64,000 nucleotides of DNA from Octopus sinensis (taxonomy: Eukaryota): the NCBI RefSeq assembly GCF_006345805.1, contig NC_043023.1, positions 10,726,001-10,790,000 on the forward strand, given 5' to 3'. Below are positions 1 to 11,812 of this stretch, piece by piece. Position 1 is the first letter of the stretch; every line of letters starts with the position of its first letter. Made by a program: the position numbers and the translations under genes. The notes beneath the pieces were generated by a model that worked only from the letters and a program-made list of their open reading frames with translations, had not been told where the DNA came from and did not search any database.

Positions 1-225
1 TGTATATATTTGTGTTTGTCTTTGTGTCTGTGTTTGTACTCCCCAGCATCGCTTGACAACCGATCTTGATGTATTTCTCTTTCCGTAACCTAGGGGTTCG
101 GCAAAAGAGACTGATATAATAAGTACTAGGTTTACAAAGAATAAGTCCTGGGGTCGATTTGTTCGACTAAAGGCGGTGCTCCATTATGGCCGCAGTCAAA
201 TGACAGAAATAAATAAAAAAGAAAA
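1..225 (+). mobile_element. 3' tail of tRNA-derived SINE family A
   Basis: Matches the tail seen at 3430-3610, 5750-5950 and 55545-55745 (gcttgacaaccgat...cggcaaaagagac...ggcggtgctcca...ggccgcagtcaaatgac). Confidence 0.8.
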
Positions 226-241
226 GAATATATATATTGTA

Positions 242-278
<37 letters not shown>

Positions 279-320
279 CATATATATATATATATTATAT
301 ATTTATACATTTATTATGTA

Positions 321-516
321 TATTCAAAGGGCAAAGCCACTAGGTGTCGGCCGTATGCTAGAAGTAGATCACCTACGATCAAACTACAAAGAAAAGAAGG
401 TTCTCTTCGTGTATTAGAATTTTCTCTGATTTTCAGATTTTTGTATGCTAGGAGGCTACTGGTTTTAAATTGATGTTAATTAAATTAATATTCAATTTAT
501 CTCCCTCATTATTTAA
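321..516. mobile_element. (TA)n-embedded fragment of fold-back (Penelope-like?) element family
   Basis: Near-identical to parts of 58870-59188; flanked by (TA)n on both sides; ends in atctccctcattatttaa like that copy. Confidence 0.6.
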
Positions 517-517
517 T

Positions 518-610
<93 letters not shown>

Positions 611-701
611 ATATATATATATTTATGTATATATATATATGTATGTATGTATATATATATATATGTATGTATATATATATATATGTATATATATATATAA
701 T

Positions 702-774
<73 letters not shown>

Positions 775-775
775 G
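517..775. repeat. (TA)n/(TATG)n microsatellite
   Basis: Directly visible dinucleotide/tetranucleotide run. Confidence 0.95.
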
Positions 776-1349
776 TGGGGGGGGGTGTATTCGCACATTG
801 TTTATGGGCTGCCTCGTTGTATTTTTATTCAATGAATTGAAAACCACTTTCTCATAATAATTTCCAAACGAATTTCACATCTGAGTAAACATATTCATTT
901 TTAAAATGTCTGCATTTGAAAAAGAAGTGAGTAAAACAAGAACGTGAATAACGAATTGGTGTGGTGGAGTGTTTAAGCCAGAGTGAAAGGTGGAGGCCAA
1001 ATCCGAAAACTTTATTGGCTGAAAAGAAAATCTTATATCCCGATTGACATGGGTATATAGTTTAAGTAAACGAAAACAACATATTTCATTCCTGTGGGAG
1101 AAAGTGAAAACACAAAGTCTGACAATCCTAAAAGATATCGCCATCTTAATATTTCCTAGTTTTAAGGTAAGGTGAAAACGATCTTCTCTAAAATCTTGTA
1201 GTGGGACACAATTTAAATGGGGCGCTGAAAATAGAGTTGCTTTATTATGATATATATGTACGTATCGTTGAATGTGTGTGTGTGTGCGTATGTGTCTGTG
1301 TGTGTGTGTGTACGTATATGTGTATCTATATGTGTTTCGTGTTTATATA

Positions 1350-2725
1350 GATGTAATGGTTTTATTGACGTCAGAGATTGTTCCAAAGCTCTTGTTTGGG
1401 AGATGATAGCCTTGAAAATTAACCAAGGGGGAGATCACAATCTGTTATTCGGCATGGTGGATTAAATGTTCTGGTTGAACAAAATCCGAGAACGAAGGTT
1501 CAAAACCCTTCATCAGAACTCCAAACATCCCACACAACTGTTTTTTGGGCACTGTAAAAAAAGAAATTGGAAAATTCCATAAAACGCATAGGTTTGTTCC
1601 ATGTCAACTGAACGAGATTTCAAACAACAGACGCGCCTCGAAATGTGCTCTTTATTGCTTTCTCGACTGGAAAAGACCATTTTTGTATCAAATCATTATT
1701 TGTGATGAGAAAAGGATATTCTTTGACAACGGCAGGAGAACAGGACAGTGATTAGATGCAGGAGAATCATCTAAACACTACCCAAACCCACCATGTTGGT
1801 GGTCACTGTATGGAGGTCTGCGAAGGGAGTTATTCATTATTCACCTTTGCAATAAGGAAAAACGGTAACAGCAGCATCGTATGGTCAGGAAATTGATTAT
1901 ATGCATGAGAATTTGAAAAAGAAAAAACCCAGCCCAGTGAATAGAGATGGCCCAATTTTGCACGTCCTCACACTCCATAACCTACAGTCCAGTGGAGGCG
2001 CAATGGCCCAGTGGTTAGGGCAGCGGACTCGCGGTCATAGGATCGCGGTTTCGATTCCCAGACCGGGCGTTGTGAGTGTTTATTGAGCGAAAACACCTAA
2101 AAGCTCCACGAGGCTCTGGCAGGGGATGGTGGTGATCCCTGCTGTACTCTTTCACCACAACTTTCTCTCACTCTTACTTCCTGTTTCTGTTGTACCTGTA
2201 TTTCAAGGGGCCGGCCTTGTCACTCTCTGTGTCACGCTGAATCCCCCGAGAACTACGTTAAGGGCACGTGTCTGTGGAGTGCTCAGCCACTTACACGTTA
2301 ATTTCACGAGCAGGCTGTTCCGTTGATCGGATCAACCGGAACCCTCGTCGTCGTAACCGACGGAGTGCTTCTTCTAACCTACAGTCGAAAAGTTTAATTT
2401 AAAAGCCTGTATTAAATGGGATTGCAAGATCCTCCCCCATTCCCCTGATATCTCTCCAACCGATCAGCATTTATTTAGCATTCGAGCTCTACATAAGCAA
2501 TAAAACATTCTTAAATAGAGAAGAGGTAATTGAAGCAGTCGTCGAACAGTTTTATCACAGCAAAAGATGATTATTTTTAACGATGGAATGTATGACATAA
2601 TGAAACTTTGGTTAAACGTCATAAATGAGCATGGATCATATTTGATTTAAATAAATCAGTTCTCTAACATTCTGAAACATTTTATGTTATTTCAAATTCA
2701 ACCATTTCATGTGAAGCAACCTAAA
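1350..2725 (+). pseudogene. Decayed mariner (Mos1/SETMAR-type) transposase, interrupted by a SINE
   Basis: Broken frames give LNVLVEQNPRT, FVPCQL (WVPHEL-like), IICDEKRIFFDN, VNRDGPILH and PHSPDISPTDQHLF (YSPDL-like); ends in gcaacctaa|ta. Confidence 0.8.
1990..2374 (+). mobile_element. tRNA-derived SINE (head 1, tail X) with 12-bp TSD
   Basis: A box tggcccagtgg and B box ggtttcgattccc; TSD taacctacagtc at 1978-1989 and 2375-2386. Confidence 0.9.
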
Positions 2726-2743
2726 TATATATATCTATAATAT

Positions 2744-2817
<74 letters not shown>

Positions 2818-2820
<3 letters not shown>

Positions 2821-2995
2821 GGTTACGAAAAAACCAAAGAAGAAGAAAAGGTGTTGTACAAAACAAGCAGATGTATTGTTTAACGCTCAGGAATAGAAAA
2901 ATTCTTTTACGTTCGGGCCTATCTCTCGACAGGAAGGGACACAGAAAAAAACAAGGAGAGAAAAAAAAGTGTGTAGTGGCTAACGATCTAAAATG
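2818..2995 (-). mobile_element. (TA)n-adjacent repeat remnant with degenerate hammerhead-like motif
   Basis: Minus strand reads cccttc-ctgtcga-gagataggccc-gaac-gta-aaag next to (TA)n; the core is degenerate. Confidence 0.3.
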
Positions 2996-3244
2996 AATGG
3001 CTTTATTTGTTGAGAATATTTACGTCATGATTGACATAGATAAATAGTTACGTAAACAAAGACCAGACATTTCAATCTTATAGAAGAAAGCAAAATTGCA
3101 TGTGACAAGTCTAAAAGATATAGCCTGCTGATTAGTCCCTAGTTTTAAGGTAAGGCGGAAACAGTTTGTTCTTAATTCTTGTACTGGGAACCGATTTAAA
3201 TGTAGCTCTGGGAATAGAGTAGTTTTACTATGTTAAACGCACAC

Positions 3245-3610
3245 ACAGGCTGTGGCTGTGTGGTAAGTAGCTTGCTAACCAACCACATGGTTCCGGGTTC
3301 AGTCCCACTGCGTGGCATCTTGGGCAGGTGTCTTCTGCTATAGTCCCGGGCCGACCAATGCCTTGTGAATGGATTTGGTAGACGGAAACTGAAAGAAGCC
3401 TGTCGTATATGTGTGTGTGTGTGTCTGTGTTTGTCCCCCTAGCATTGCTTGACAACCGATGCTGGTGTGTTTACGTCCCCGTCACTTAGCGGTTCGGCAA
3501 AAGAGACCGATAGAATAAGTACTGGGCTTACAAAGAATAAGTCCCGGGGTCGATTTGCTCCAGCATGGCCGCAGTCAAATGATTGAAACAAGTAAAAGAG
3601 AGTAAAGAGT
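3245..3610 (+). mobile_element. tRNA-derived SINE family A
   Basis: Head gtggctgtgtggtaag...gggttcagtccc, body ttgggcaggtgtcttc, internal microsatellite, tail ending aagtaaaagag. Confidence 0.9.
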
Positions 3611-3769
3611 ATACACACACACACACGCATATATATATTATTTGTGTGTGCGTGCGTATCTGTGTATTTTGTGTGTGTGTGTTGATATAAATATGCATGT
3701 ATATTCGTACATATATATATATATGCATATATGCATAAGCATATATACGTTATACACACACATACTCAT

Positions 3770-3821
3770 ATCTATGTGTGCCTCTGTGTGTGTGTCTGTG
3801 TGTGCGAGTGTATGTGAGTTT

Positions 3822-3855
<34 letters not shown>

Positions 3856-3857
3856 CG

Positions 3858-3893
<36 letters not shown>

Positions 3894-3927
3894 AGTTTTG
3901 TGTGTGTGTGCGAGTGTGTGTGTGCGA

Positions 3928-3966
<39 letters not shown>

Positions 3967-4020
3967 TGAGTTTTGTGTGTGTGTGTGCGTGAGTGTGTGT
4001 GTGCGAGTTGTGTGTGTGTG

Positions 4021-4063
<43 letters not shown>

Positions 4064-4080
4064 TTTGTGTGTGTGTGCGA

Positions 4081-4153
<73 letters not shown>

Positions 4154-4160
4154 TGTGCGA

Positions 4161-4192
<32 letters not shown>

Positions 4193-4206
4193 ATGTGTGT
4201 GTGCGA

Positions 4207-4243
<37 letters not shown>

Positions 4244-4252
4244 AGTGTGGTG

Positions 4253-4285
<33 letters not shown>

Positions 4286-4290
4286 CGTGC
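3770..4290. repeat. (TG)n microsatellite with gcga interruptions
   Basis: Directly visible. Confidence 0.95.
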
Positions 4291-4504
4291 TTCTTTTATG
4301 TTCAGTTATAACAAAACCAATTTTCCATTTATCCGAAGACTTACTCCAGTTACTTTCATAGAGTACAAATTTATGATTAACAATAACTGAATTTTCAGTG
4401 AATTCGAAGCTTCGATCACACACAGACAGTCATACACACATATTTACTTGCATTATATATCTATATGTATGTATTATGCATATACATGTATATATATACA
4501 TACA

Positions 4505-4605
4505 TATTAAATACATACATACATACATACATACATACATACATACATACATACATTCATACACATACATACATACATACATACATTCATACATACATAC
4601 ATACA

Positions 4606-4637
<32 letters not shown>

Positions 4638-4783
4638 CATACACATACACACATACATACATGCATACATACATACATACATACATACATACATACATAC
4701 ATACATACATACATTCATACACATACATACATACATACATACATTCATACATACATACATACATACATACATACATACATACA

Positions 4784-4817
<34 letters not shown>

Positions 4818-4952
4818 CATAAATACATACATACACACACATACATACATACATACATACATACATACATACATACATACACACATACACACATACATAC
4901 ATGCATACATACATGCACACATACATACATACATACATACATACATTCATAC

Positions 4953-4985
<33 letters not shown>
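4505..4985. repeat. (TACA)n microsatellite
   Basis: Directly visible. Confidence 0.95.
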
Positions 4986-4987
<2 letters not shown>

Positions 4988-5012
4988 GATATATATATAT
5001 ATATAATAACAA

Positions 5013-5170
5013 TAATGCCCCAGTGGTTAGGGCTGCGGACTTGCGGTCGGAGGATCGCGGTTTCGATTCCCAGACCGGGCGTTGTGTGTGTTTATTGAGC
5101 GAAAACACCTAAAAGCTCCACGAGGCTCCGACAGGGGATGGTGGTGATCCCTGCTGTACTCTTTCACCAC
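5013..5170 (+). mobile_element. Truncated SINE (head 1)
   Basis: Matches the first ~160 bp of the SINE at 1990-2374. Confidence 0.8.
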
Positions 5171-5279
5171 TCTAAAGGTGGTGCTCCAGCATGGCCGCAG
5201 TCAAATGACTGAAACAAGTAAAAAAAAAAAAAAATTACAAAAAAAATATGCATACATACATACATACATATATGTACGT

Positions 5280-5490
5280 ACCTACATCTATATGTATATA
5301 TACATGCATATATATATGAGTACAGGACAGCACAAATAAACGTAGAACACAACGAGAAACGAAAACATAAAACCAAACAAGAAAACGGACTTTTTTTAAC
5401 AACGAAAAAACAGAGTACAAGACAAACAATACTAGGAATATTCCCCTTCATCAGCTGCTCCTGTTTCGACTCAATGCGTGTTTCGAAACA
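5280..5490 (-). repeat. Dispersed microsatellite-associated repeat (other copies at 31628-31800 + and 37076-37300 +)
   Basis: Shared motifs ctga(t/a)gaaggggaa, ttttcgtttctc and gtcctgtac in three places; family not assigned. Confidence 0.6.
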
Positions 5491-5495
5491 TATAT

Positions 5496-5664
5496 GCGCA
5501 GGAGTGGCTGTGTGGTAAGTAGCTTGCTAACCAACCACATGGTTCCGGGTTCAGTCCCACTGCGTGGAACTTTGGGCAAGTGTCTTCTACTATAGCCTCG
5601 GGCCGACCCAAGCCTGTGAGTGGATTGGCAGACGGAAACTGAAAGAAGCCCGTCGTAATATGTG

Positions 5665-5721
<57 letters not shown>

Positions 5722-5950
5722 GTGCGTTGTGTGTGTTTGTATGTATGTGTTGTCCCCTAGCATTGCTTGACAACCGATGCTGATGTGTTTATGTCCCGTT
5801 ACTTAGCGGTTCGGCAAAAGAGACCGATAGAATAAGTACTGGGCTTACAAAAGAATAAGTCCCGGGTTCGAGTTGCTCGATTAAAGGCGCGTGTGCTCCA
5901 GCATGGCCGCAGTCAATGACTGAAACAAGTAAAAGAGTAAAGAGTAAAAG
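5496..5950 (+). mobile_element. tRNA-derived SINE family A
   Basis: Complete head, body, (TA)n and tail; several 1-bp indels relative to other copies. Confidence 0.9.
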
Positions 5951-6086
5951 ATTATATATATATATATATATATATATATGACCGTGACCGACCAGGCTAT
6001 CAGATGTTGCTACACATCGCTGGTAACAATGCGCTTCGCATTGTTTTAGCCTTCAAATGACGCCACCCGCTGGCTCAGCGAGCATG

Positions 6087-6125
<39 letters not shown>

Positions 6126-6127
<2 letters not shown>

Positions 6128-9100
6128 CTAAGCAATAAGGGTTCAGCAACGAATTGCCTTACCACATACCGAATTTAGAAATAGCAGTCAAAGGGTATAG
6201 CTATTTCTTCTACTAAAGGGAGATCTCAGTAAAAACAGCAATTGGAAGGCTGACACAAACAGGTAAGAGAGAATGAATTAACCGCAATCTATCAAACATT
6301 TTTAAAAGTTATCCACGGACGTACGTTTCGAAATCAAGTTTTAGGAAGCATAAGAATTAAAATATTAAATATTAAATAATTCTATCTTACCGAAACTTCT
6401 TTTCTCTTCAGCGTGGAATACTATAATCATAAATGATTATATAGTGAATTTTGAGATACTAGGAGGTACCAACTCAACTCAGTATCAGAGCGAGCTAGAA
6501 TCCTCAACTAGTATCACCGAATTCAAATTTGTGAATGAAACGATTGTGTCAACAGCCCCTTCCACCCGCGTGTAGCCAAAACAAGATGCTGTGGTCATCT
6601 ACTGAGATAAATATGGTTATCCGTAATAATGAAGGGTGAAATTAATTAATTTGGAATAATTATCAATTACACCAAGTAGTCTCGGCATGTAAAAGCCTCA
6701 TATGAGGAAAATTTAAGTAATACTAAGCAATAAGGGTTCAGCAACGAATTGCCTTACCACATACCGATTTAGAAATAGCAGTCAAAGGGTTATAGCTATT
6801 TCTTCTACTAAAAAGGGAGATCTCAGTAAAAAACAGCAATTGGAAGGCTGACACAAACAGGTAAGAGAGAATGAATTAACCGCAATCTATCAAACATTTT
6901 TAAAAGTTATCCACGGACGTACGTTTCGAAATCAAGTTTTAGAAAGCATAAGAATTAAAATATTAAATATTAAATAATTCTATCTTACCGAAACTTCTTT
7001 CTCTTCAGCGTGGAATACTATATAATCATAAATGATTATATATTGAATTTTGAGAATACTAGGAGGTACCAACTCAACTCAGTATCAGAGCGAGCTAGAA
7101 TCCTCAACTAGTATCACCGAATTCAATTTGTGAATGAAACGATTGTGTCAACAGCCCCTTCCCACCGCGTGTAGCCAAAACAAGATGCTGTGGTCATCTA
7201 CTGAGATAAAATATGGTTATCCGTAATAATGAAGGGTGAAATTAATTAATTTGGAATAATTATCAATTACACCAAGTAGTAGTCTTCGGCATGTAAAAGC
7301 CTCATTTGAGGAAAATTTAAGTAATACTAAGCAATAAGGGTTCAGCAACGAATGCCTTACCACATACCGAATTTAGAAATAGCAGTCAAAGGGTTATAGC
7401 TATTTTTCTACTAAAAAGGGAGATCTCAGTAAAACACAGCAATTGGAAGGCTGACACAAACAGGTAAGAGAGAATGAATTAACCGCAATCTATCAAACAT
7501 TTTAAAAGTTATCCACGGACGTACGTTTTCGAAATCAAGTTTTAGGAAAGCAAAGAATTAAAATATTAAATATTAAATAATTCTATCTTACCGAAACTTC
7601 TTTTCTCTTCAGCGTGGAATACTATAATCATAAATGATTATATATGAATTTTGAGATACTAGGAGGGTACCAACTCAACTCAGTATCAGAGCGAGCTAGA
7701 ATCCTCAACTAGTATCACCGAATTCAAATTTGTGAATGAAACGATTGTGTCAACAGCCCCTTCCCACCCGCGTGTAGCCAAAACAAGATGCTGTGGTCAT
7801 CTACTGAGATAAATATGGTTATCCGTAATAATGAAGGGTGAAATTAATTAATTGGAATAATTATCAATTACACCAAGTAGTCTTCGGCATGTAAAAGCCT
7901 CATTTGAGGAAAATTTAAGTAATACTAAGCAATAAGGGTTCAGCAACGAATTGCCTTACCACATACCGAATTTAGAAATAGCAGTCAAAGGGTTATAGCT
8001 ATTTCTTCTACTAAAAAGGGAGATCTCAGTAAAAACAGCAATTGGAGGCTGACACAAACAGGTAAGAGAGAATGAATTAACCGCAATCTATCAAACATTT
8101 TTAAAAGTTATCCACGGACGTACGTTTCGAAATCAAGTTTTAGGAAAGCATAAGAATTAAAAATATTAAATATTAAATATTCTATCTTACCGAAACTTCT
8201 TTTCTCTTCAGCGTGGAATACTATAATCATAAATGATTATATATTGAATTTTGAGATACTAGGAGGTACCAACTCAACTCAGTATCAGAGCGAGCTAGAA
8301 TCCTCAACTAGTATCACCGAATTCAAATTTGTGAATGAAACGATTGTGTCAACAGCCCTTCCCACCCGCGTGTAGCCAAACAAGATGCTGTGGTCATCTA
8401 CTGAGATAAAATATGGTTATCCGTAATAATGAAGGGTGAAATTAATTAATTTGGAATAATTATCAATTACACCAAGTAGTCTTCGGCATGTAAAAGCCTC
8501 ATTTGAGGAAAATTTAAGTAATACTAAGCAATAAGGGTTCAGCAACGAATTGCCTTACCACATACCGAATTTAGAAATAGCAGTCAAGGGTTATAGCTAT
8601 TTCTTCTACTAAAAAGGGAATCTCAGTAACAACAGCAATTGGAAGGCTGACACAAACAGGTAAGAGAGAATGAATATTAACCGCAATCTATCAAACATTT
8701 TAAAAGTTATCCACGGACGTACGTTTCGAAATCAAGTTTTAGGAAAGCATAAGAATTAAAATATTAAATATTAAATAATTCTATCTTACCGAAACTTCTT
8801 TTCTCTTCCTCTTCAGGGGAATACTATAATCATAAATGATTATATATTGAATTTTGAGATACTAGGAGGTACCAACTCAACTCAGTATCAGAGCGAGCTA
8901 GAATCCTCAACTAGTATCACCGAATTCAATTTGTGAATGAAACGATTGTGTCAACAGCCCCTTCCACCCGCGTGTAGCAAAACAAGATGCTGTGGTCATC
9001 TACTGAGATAAATATGGTTATCCGTAATAATGAGGGTGAAATTAATTAATTGGAATAATTATCAATTACCACCAAGTAGTCTTCGGCATGTAAAAGCCTC

Positions 9101-10639
9101 ATTGAGGAAAATTTAAGTAATACTAAGCAATAGGGTTCAGCAACGAATTGCCTTACCACATACCGAATTTAGAATAGCAGCAGTCAAAGGGTTATAGCTA
9201 TTTCTTCTACTAAAAAGGGAGATCTCAGTAAAAACAGCAATTGGAAGGCTGACACAAACAGGTAAGAGAGAATGAATTAACCGCAATCTATCAAACATTT
9301 TTAAAAGTTATCCCGGACGTACGTTTCGAAATCAAGTTTAGGAAAGCATAAGAATTAAAATATTAAATATTAAATAATTCTATCTTACCGAAACTTTTTT
9401 CTCTTCAGCGTGGATACTATAATCATAAATGATTATATATTGAATTTTGAGATACTAGGAGGTACCAACTCAACTCAGTATCAGAGCGAGCTAGAATCCT
9501 CAACTAGTATCCCGAATTCAAATTTGTGATGAAACGATTGTGTCAACAGCCCTCCCACCCGCGTGTAGCCAAAACAAGATGCTGTGGTCATCTACTGAGA
9601 TAAAATATGGTTATCCGTAATAATGAAGGGTGAAATTATTAATTTGAATAATTATCAATTACACAAGTAGTCTTCGGCATGTAAAAGCCTCATTTGAGGA
9701 AAATTTAAGTATACTAAGCAATAAGGGTTCAGCAACGATTGCCTTACCACAGACCGAATTTAGAAATAGCAGTCAAGGGGGTTATAGCTATTTCTTCTAC
9801 TAAAAAGGGAGATCTCAGTAAAAACAGCAATTGGAAGGTGACACAAACAGTAAGAGAGAATGAATTAACCGCAATCTATCAAACATTTTTAAAAGTTATC
9901 ACGGACGTACGTTTCGAATCAAGTTTTAGGAAAGCATAAGAATTAAAATATTAAATATTAAATAATTCTATCTTACCGAAACTTCTTTTCTCTTCAGCGT
10001 GGATACTATAATCATAAATGATATATTGAATTTGAGATACTAGGAGGTACCAACTCCACTCAGTATCAGAGCGAGCTAGAATCCTCAACTAGTATCACCG
10101 AATTCAAATTTGTGAATGAAACGATTGTGTCAACAGCCCTTCACACCGCGTGTAGCCAAAACAAGATGCTGTGGTCATCTACTGAGATAAATATGGTTAT
10201 CCGTAATAATGAAGGGGTGAAATTAATAATTTGAATAATTTACAATTACACCAAGTAGTCTTCGGCATGTAAAAGCCTCATTTGGAAAATTTAAGTAATA
10301 CTAAGCAATAAGGGTTTCAGCAACGAATTGCCTTACCACATACCGAATTTAGAAATAGCAGTCAAAGGGTTATAGCTATTTCTTCTACTAAAAAGGAGAT
10401 CTCAGTAAAAACAGCAATTGAAGGCTGACACAAACAGGTAGAGAGAATGAATTAACCGCAATCTATCAAACATTTTTAAAAGTTATCCACGGACGTACGT
10501 TTCGAAATCAAGTTTTAGGAAAGCATAAGAATTAAATATTAAATATTAAATAATTCTATCTTACCGAAACTTTTTCTCTTCAGCGTGGAATACTATAATC
10601 ATAAATGATTATATATTGAATTTTGAGATACTAGGAGGT
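6126..10639 (-). repeat. ~600-bp tandem array (7 full + 1 partial unit), Penelope-pLTR/retrozyme-like
   Basis: Unit starts (tactaagcaata) at 6126, 6721, 7325, 7923, 8522, 9121, 9712, 10299; units differ almost only by small indels; array begins directly after (TA)n. Confidence 0.95.
6312..6417 (-). ncRNA. Type I hammerhead ribozyme, unit 1 (further copies at 6910-7014, 7512-7618, 8111-8217, 8710-8821, 9311-9414, 9899-10003, 10486-10589)
   Basis: Minus strand: UCCACG-CUGAAGA-G[~75-nt stem II]C-GAAAC-GUAC-GUC|CGUGGA. All core nucleotides present, G10.1-C11.1 pair, stem I closes exactly, palindromic GUAC stem III loop. Predicted cleavage between 6318 and 6317. Stem I is damaged in units 5-7. 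Confidence 0.85.
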
Positions 10640-10877
10640 ACCTCCTAGTATCTCAAAATCAATATATAATCATTATGATTATAGTATTCCAGCTGAAGAG
10701 AAAGAAGTTTCGGTAAGATAGAATTATTTAATATTTAATATTTTAATTCTTATGCTTTCCTAAAACTTGATTTCGAAACGTACGTCCGTGGATAATTTAA
10801 AAATGTTTGATAGATTGCGGTTAATTCATTCTCTCTTACCTGTTTTGTGTCAGCCTTCCAATTGCTGTTTTTACTGA
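10402..10877. repeat. Zero-spacer fold-back palindrome (238-bp arms) ending the array
   Basis: gagatactaggaggtacctcctagtatctc is centred between 10639 and 10640; the right arm is the reverse complement of 10402-10639 apart from small indels. Confidence 0.9.
10688..10792 (+). ncRNA. Plus-strand hammerhead copy in the inverted arm
   Basis: CTGAAGA at 10693-10699 and GAAAC-GTAC-GTC at 10775-10786 followed by cgtgga; the 5' stem I arm lacks one C. Confidence 0.7.
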
Positions 10878-11399
10878 TTGTTGTATGGGTATCTGTATAT
10901 TCTCTTGATTGGCTAAATGAACTATACTAGTTAGTGTAAATGAGCATGCGCAGAACAGTGCGCGAAGAGTGCCATATGCACAGTCATACAGTGTAGAGGT
11001 CGTATGAATAACTGAATAGAGATATCGTGGAGTCCTTGTTGAAGTTACACAGTTGGAGAGTATAAGAGCTCATCCGGAACGCTTAATTTATAACAGTGAC
11101 GACGAGAAGTCGTACGTCATATATCAGATATGTATATATATGTATATATATATATATAGTATATCTATATATATATATATATATATTATATGGCGGTGCC
11201 CCAGCATGGCCACAGCTCAATGAGCTGAAACTAAAATCAATCAATCAATCAATCAATATATATAATATATATATATATACAGTAAAGAAAATAAGGTGGC
11301 TAGCAGCAGGCTGTTTCGCCTCATATATATATATATATATAATATATTATATATATATACATATATATAATATACATATATATATATATACATATATAT

Positions 11400-11472
<73 letters not shown>

Positions 11473-11537
11473 CATATATATAATATACATATATATATAT
11501 ATACATTATAATATATAATATAACAATATTATATATC

Positions 11538-11571
<34 letters not shown>

Positions 11572-11593
11572 CATATATATATATATATATATC

Positions 11594-11639
<46 letters not shown>

Positions 11640-11649
<10 letters not shown>

Positions 11650-11812
11650 GACGGACTTTTTCAGTGTCCGTCTACCAAATCCACTCACAAGGCTTTGGTC
11701 GGACCCGAGGCTATAGTAGAAGACACTTGCCCAAGATGCCACGCAGTGGGACTGAACCCGGAACCATGTGGTTGGTAAACAAGCTACTTACCACACAGTC
11801 ATTCCTGCGCCT
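11640..11812 (-). mobile_element. SINE family A head/body
   Basis: Reverse complement of the family A head. Confidence 0.85.

Noticed and set aside
237-840. ORFs rich in YI/CV/HT repeats here and at 3439-5112, 11096-11518, 37052-37653, 39977-40620, 52518-52867
   Set aside because: Stop-free translations of (TA)n, (TG)n and (TACA)n microsatellites; no gene evidence.
870-1250. Coding-like decayed stretch whose 3' ~100 bp recurs at 3134-3232
   Set aside because: Multiple stops and no recognisable domain; probably an old repeat, left unassigned pending a TBLASTX/Dfam search.
1992-2070. tRNA-like sequences with A and B boxes at the SINE heads
   Set aside because: They continue into SINE bodies and tails, some with TSDs, and lack a closed acceptor stem; not called as tRNA genes.
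5421-5490. CTGATGA and GAAAC motifs in the dispersed repeat (also at 37076-37120)
   Set aside because: Motif order and flanks do not give stems I and III for any hammerhead topology I could build.
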